Below are positions 7,317-10,796 of a stretch of 10,796 nt of DNA, piece by piece. A program made the position numbers and the translations under genes. The first letter of the stretch is position 1. Each line of letters begins with the position of its first letter. Origin of the DNA: Candidatus Bathyarchaeia archaeon. GTDB taxonomy: Archaea; Thermoproteota; Bathyarchaeia; TCS64. The notes under the pieces are model-generated. The model saw only the letters and a program-made list of their open reading frames with translations, was not told where the DNA came from and did not search any database. The stretch lies in NCBI GenBank assembly GCA_050014495.1, contig JBEKDF010000061.1, positions 1-10,796 of the forward strand, read 5' to 3'.

Positions 7317-7535
7317 AAGGATCCAAAGAGGGCATATGATTATTGCGAGAAACTCACGGTATTCGATAGAGATAAAGGGATTTGCCAGATATGCGGAAAA
7401 GTGACTGCATTTGACAAGGGTACTGTTGACCACAAGATACCTCATAGTAAAGGTGGCTTTACGACCATAGAGAACGGCCAATGGTTATGCATAGAAGACA
7501 ACCTCAAGAAGCTCGCCAAGTTACCTGAGAGTTAA
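7317..7535 (+). pseudogene. 3' fragment encoding an HNH endonuclease domain (probable C-terminus of the DUF262 gene)
   Basis: Manual translation KDPKRAYDYCEKLTVFDRDKGICQICGKVTAFDKGTVDHKIPHSKGGFTTIENGQWLCIEDNLKKLAKLPES* shows CxxC, DH.IP.SKGG, EN...LC...N. It has no start codon and is missing from the ORF track. Confidence 0.9.
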
Positions 7536-7536
7536 C

Positions 7537-7622
7537 GATGAGTTCGCGCACGCGCAGTTGAAGGATGTGTTCAATTCCAATATGAAAAGTGACGAACACA
7601 GAAAGAGTTTCACACGCGCCTA
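7537..7622 (+). repeat. Intergenic two-armed hairpin motif, site A
   Basis: GATGAG..GCGCACGCGCAGTTGAAGG (7546-7564), internal stem TGTGTTC/GAACACA, then CAGAAA-GA-GTTTCACACGCG (7599-7618). Confidence 0.65.
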
Positions 7623-7715
7623 TGCGAGTCAATAGTTTTCAGGTCGTAATGCATGAAAGTATTAGTACATGCAATCCATAGAACGTATATTTTCGTGTAA
7701 GTATTATCTATTGAC

Positions 7716-8198
7716 TTGTCAAAAGAACAACTTATCCAAAAGTTGAAAGCCGCCTCTCTCTACGCGGAGTGCCCTAAGTGTCACGGAGAGTTCAAGTTAG
7801 GTGACGCCTTGCTATTCGATGGCCTAGGTCCATTCCCTCATGAAGCCCTTGAGGTCCAAGCTCAGCTCCAGGCAGAGATCGAAAAAAGGGCTAAGCAGCT
7901 CGACAAGAGGTCAGCGATGGCTGACGCGGGTGCGGAGCAGAGGGCGATAGCTTCTGGCTTGGGTAAGATTCTTGAGACGGTCATCCCAGCCCACAGGGAC
8001 TTCAAGATCCCTCTCTACGACTGCAGGCCCTTGTATGAGCCCATTGATCTAATCGCCTTCAACGGACTTGGAAAGGGCGAGGTCAGTAGCCTCGACTTCA
8101 TCGAGATAAAAACTGGGAAGGCTCGGCTCAACGAGCACGAAAAGGCCGTGAAAGAGGCAGTTGAATCGAATAAAGTGGATTATAAGGTGATTAAATGA
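7716..8198 (+). CDS. Holliday-junction-resolvase-like endonuclease (Endonuc_Holl type) with N-terminal CxxC
   Basis: G...E...P, PIDLIAFNGL, FIEIKTGKARLNEHEKAVKEAVE: a complete PD-(D/E)XK set. CPKC motif and a coiled coil. TTG start, with GAACGTATAT promoter-like box at 7681-7690. Confidence 0.85.
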   Translation: MSKEQLIQKLKAASLYAECPKCHGEFKLGDALLFDGLGPFPHEALEVQAQLQAEIEKRAKQLDKRSAMADAGAEQRAIASGLGKILETVIPAHRDFKIPLYDCRPLYEPIDLIAFNGLGKGEVSSLDFIEIKTGKARLNEHEKAVKEAVESNKVDYKVIK

Positions 8199-8698
8199 GC
8201 GCCGGATTCGTGGATTCATTCCAGGACCTCCGCACAATCCTCTGCGTGTGTCCATGCTGTGGCGAGCTAGTTAGGGCTAGTGAACTGCACCTAAGCTTGC
8301 ATGGAAAGGCTCCGAAGACGTGGCTCGACGATTACGAGGCGGAGCTGCATAGGCTTGAGGATCGTGAGGATGAGTTTGAGGCTAACGCAGCTGAGGTTAA
8401 ACAAGCGGCGATTGAGAGAGGCCGTAAGAAGGTTGTGGAAAGGGCCTGCTCTTGCCTCGACTCTAGTATAGCTTGCTTTAATTATGACCCCTATGACATT
8501 AAGGCTCTCTTCCACCCTGTCGACTTCGTAGTCTTCAATGGCTTAAACGCGGGTGAGGATCTAGATGACATCACTTTCCTCACTAGGCAGAGGCGTGGGG
8601 ACTTGATCCAGAAATCGGTAGCTAAGGCGATTAAGAATGGCAAGTACAACTGGAAGGTCGCCAGGGTCACGGAGGACGGTGGAGTGGATTACGAATAG
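8195..8698 (+). CDS. Paralogous Holliday-junction-resolvase-like protein, catalytic ExK motif absent
   Basis: CPCCG, coiled coil, KALFHPVDFVVFNGL, then DITFLTRQ where the partner has FIEIKT. ATGA overlap with the upstream stop. Confidence 0.82.
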   Translation: MSAGFVDSFQDLRTILCVCPCCGELVRASELHLSLHGKAPKTWLDDYEAELHRLEDREDEFEANAAEVKQAAIERGRKKVVERACSCLDSSIACFNYDPYDIKALFHPVDFVVFNGLNAGEDLDDITFLTRQRRGDLIQKSVAKAIKNGKYNWKVARVTEDGGVDYE

Positions 8699-8700
8699 AG

Positions 8701-8784
8701 TAGATGAGCGCTTGCGAAGTGGAAGGTGATAACGGGGTCTTTTTGGACCAACTTCAGAAACTTGTTTTACAGGCGACCAATCTA
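8701..8784 (+). repeat. Intergenic two-armed hairpin motif, site B
   Basis: GATGA-GCGCTTGCGAAGTGGAAGG (8708-8726), internal stem GGTC/GACC, then CTTCAGAAA-CTT-GTTTTACAGGCG (8752-8775). Outer pairing TAGAT/ATCTA and CGCTTG/CAGGCG. Confidence 0.65.
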
Positions 8785-8935
8785 AAGAGACCTAACGAAG
8801 AATTCATTGATATTTTTAAAAAAGTTGAAGAATATTAATTAACAAGTTATGATTTTATGATTCATAAAGTATTAAAAAAACATTGACTACTGGAGATTTG
8901 ATAAGAACTCAGGAATTTTGCTAGGTGTATCTACT

Positions 8936-9529
8936 GTGAAAAAGAGCCTATTAATCCTCGAGCTGACATCTGAGAAAATTGAGAAAAAATCGGAAGGTTG
9001 GCTATTATTTGAATTAATAAAGATATTGTGGAATGAAAGTAGAGTTGAGTTTCCTAATTCGGTTGGAAAGACCAATTTTCTTGATGCATTAAAAAATACT
9101 GAACACAGATATGTTCACGTAAGTAGCCATGGATATTCAGGAGTCAGAGGTACAAGTCTCCAAGTCCAGAGAAAACGTAATGGTCGATTCATGAAAATTA
9201 AACCAGAGGATTTCAAAGGGCTATGGGAGAACCATAAAAAAACTCCAAAGCTCATTGTTTTATCGGCTTGTGATGCGGGACATCAAGATATGATTAAGGC
9301 TCTTGCTAAGGAGGGAGTAAAGCATGTTATTGCACCTCTTCATACGACATTTTGGGATTACACGGCTGCTTTCTCAATCTTGTTTTATAAGTCGCTTCTT
9401 GGGGGAGGGCATAGTCCCTGGGTTTCATATAGAAAGGCTCAATTAGGAATGGATGCAGCTTTTCCTGATTCTACTGGCAAATGGAGATTCTATGAGTGGG
9501 GAGAATATATTCCTTTGATTAAAGAGTAG
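8936..9529 (+). CDS. Stand-alone CHAT-domain (caspase-like, clan CD) protease
   Basis: YVHVSSHG (His) and KLIVLSACDAG (Cys), followed by GVKHVIA and F...FYKSL..G, typical of CHAT. The GTG at 8936 has AGGTG 8 nt upstream; the track start is TTG 8918. Confidence 0.78.
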   Translation: MKKSLLILELTSEKIEKKSEGWLLFELIKILWNESRVEFPNSVGKTNFLDALKNTEHRYVHVSSHGYSGVRGTSLQVQRKRNGRFMKIKPEDFKGLWENHKKTPKLIVLSACDAGHQDMIKALAKEGVKHVIAPLHTTFWDYTAAFSILFYKSLLGGGHSPWVSYRKAQLGMDAAFPDSTGKWRFYEWGEYIPLIKE

Positions 9530-9538
9530 AATGCACGT

Positions 9539-10796
9539 TTAGATAGATTTGTCAAGTAAGGCTATTGACAGGACTTCTTGGAGGTTTGTTACGGTTGTTA
9601 TTTTCAAGTCTTTTAATATGTATGGGGGTAGGTTTTGTATCTCGTTTTTATTGTCTTCGGGGATTATTACTTCTTTGACTCCTGCTTCGAATGCTGCTAA
9701 TACTTTCGCTTGAATACCCCCGACAGGGAGTACTCGTCCCATAATTGTTATTTCTCCAGTCATCGCTAAGTCGTTTCTCACTTTTTTACCTGTCAGAGCT
9801 GATACTATACCGGTTACAAGGGTTATTCCAGCGGATGGGCCTTCTTTTGGAATAGCCATGTATGTTGCTAATACAGCAACGTCGTAATCGTCGCGCCAAT
9901 CTAGGGATATTCCGAGTTCCTGGTGCTTTGCTTTGATATATTGAGCGGCTGCTTCGACACTTTCTTTCATTACACGTCCTAGTGATCCTAAGGGGACTAT
10001 TCGTCCGGAGCCTTTGGATGCTTGCATCTCGAAGAGCATGATGACTCCTCGGTCTCCAGATACTCCTAATCCGATTACTTCGCCAACCGATGGGGTCGCT
10101 GGTAGAGCTATCCTTTGTTCTCGGCGTGAGTCTGGGAGAATTGGAACTAGGATGTTGCCTGTTTCGAGTATTTTCGTTCCGATCTTAACTTTTTCGTATT
10201 CTCCTGGGGCCATTAAATGAAGTTGGTTTCTTACCCTTTGTCTAAGTTCGCATGAGATAAGCAATGATTCTTCAAGTTCTTCGTTTGAAATCTTTCCGTT
10301 GGGATAAATTAATTTCATTAGACCTGATAATGTCTTGAAAATGGCTCTTTGATCTCTACCCGATATTCCTCTAAGGGTCTTAGCGTCATCAATTACTTCA
10401 AAGCGCATTCTAATATCGTCGATTGGATTTGTTTTTCTTAGTTCATGCATTATTTCGCAGAAGTAGTCTGTGATGAAGCCATAGTCTTTTGCATAACTGG
10501 TGGGAGAAAGCTTGGGGATTTCCCATCCAGGTATGTAGGAGTGGATTCTGTCGAGGAATGCTAATTCCTGTAGATAGTCGGGGAAGGGTTCGAATAGGTG
10601 ATAATATTTTTCGTGTGGAAGGCTGCCTTGGACATCGATGTTTCCGACAAAAACAAGGCTTCCAAATGCTAATACTTCTTTTTTACCTCTGCTGAATTTC
10701 GCGTCTTGCATATATCCTTGCATGATGCTTACGAATGTTTTTGGGTCTGTAAAGTATGTGTTCGCTATTTCATCGAATACGACAACGTCTCTTGTA
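9539..10796 (-). CDS. brxL: BREX-associated BrxL: AAA+ ATPase plus C-terminal Lon protease domain (partial, 5' end beyond the window)
   Basis: The frame is open to the window edge ([11 protein letters not shown], Walker B). BrxL ATPase motifs [40 protein letters not shown]. Lon_C motifs [22 protein letters not shown]. Confidence 0.92.
   Translation of the reverse strand, partial: TRDVVVFDEIANTYFTDPKTFVSIMQGYMQDAKFSRGKKEVLAFGSLVFVGNIDVQGSLPHEKYYHLFEPFPDYLQELAFLDRIHSYIPGWEIPKLSPTSYAKDYGFITDYFCEIMHELRKTNPIDDIRMRFEVIDDAKTLRGISGRDQRAIFKTLSGLMKLIYPNGKISNEELEESLLISCELRQRVRNQLHLMAPGEYEKVKIGTKILETGNILVPILPDSRREQRIALPATPSVGEVIGLGVSGDRGVIMLFEMQASKGSGRIVPLGSLGRVMKESVEAAAQYIKAKHQELGISLDWRDDYDVAVLATYMAIPKEGPSAGITLVTGIVSALTGKKVRNDLAMTGEITIMGRVLPVGGIQAKVLAAFEAGVKEVIIPEDNKNEIQNLPPYILKDLKITTVTNLQEVLSIALLDKSI

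Larger units (their letters stand above)
1247..10796. mobile_element. Putative integrated genomic/defence island (left junction about 1247-1255; right end beyond the window)
   Basis: Interrupted core gene at the junction, abrupt compositional change, two IS elements, and a cluster of nuclease/protease defence-type genes with brxL. No integrase is visible in the window. Confidence 0.6.

Noticed and set aside
6207..7481. Track ORFs 6207-6452, 6488-6715, 7040-7273(+) and 7263-7481(-)
   Set aside because: Alternative frames in compositionally skewed IS DNA, or antisense to the HNH fragment.
7531..7641. Canonical integron attC (TAAC...GTT around a long hairpin)
   Set aside because: The boxes (AGTTAAC / GTTTTCA) do not fit RYYYAAC/GTTRRRY and do not pair beyond AAC/GTT. 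Kept only as a non-canonical motif.
2036..8784. CRISPR array
   Set aside because: The repeats are kilobases apart or degenerate, with no regular repeat-spacer period.
8704..8838. 44-aa ORF MSACEVEGDNGVFLDQLQKLVLQATNLKRPNEEFIDIFKKVEEY
   Set aside because: Short, no motif, and overlaps hairpin site B, whose homologue at site A is not coding. It cannot be fully excluded.
2644..10695. Other short antisense ORFs (2644-2859, 4467-4703, 8049-8255, 8291-8515, 8887-9075, 10014-10220, 10489-10695)
   Set aside because: They lie opposite better-supported genes. For 2644-2859 the choice of the + strand ORF is itself uncertain.
9539..10723. Housekeeping Lon/LonB protease starting at 10723
   Set aside because: The ATPase motifs are BrxL-type and the frame stays open to the window edge, so 10723 is not the start.

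Overview
Probably archaeal DNA (archaeal-style TATA boxes and T-tract terminators; taxon not determinable by eye). The window crosses from core genome into an apparent defence island. Left: the start of a PolX-family gene (runs off the window), a nitroreductase, and an M20 (ArgE/DapE-like) peptidase cut at its first Zn-binding motif, after which the DNA turns abruptly AT-rich. The island holds an IS66 remnant, a small RHH-like gene, two hypothetical ORFs and a NucS-like PD-(D/E)XK nuclease. It also holds a DUF262 (GmrSD-like)/HNH gene whose middle is replaced by a 1282-bp DDE insertion sequence with perfect 24-bp inverted repeats. Next come a tandem pair of Holliday-junction-resolvase-like nucleases (one apparently inactive), a stand-alone CHAT caspase-like protease, and a convergent BrxL whose Lon Ser-Lys dyad is intact. 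The most unusual signal is non-coding: a degenerate two-armed hairpin motif (GCGCAGTKGAAG, variable stem-loop, then (CTT)CAGAR..GTTT) recurs in five spacers between the co-oriented accessory genes. This suggests a cassette-array-like system with non-canonical sites. All family calls come from motif recognition by eye; no searches were run.
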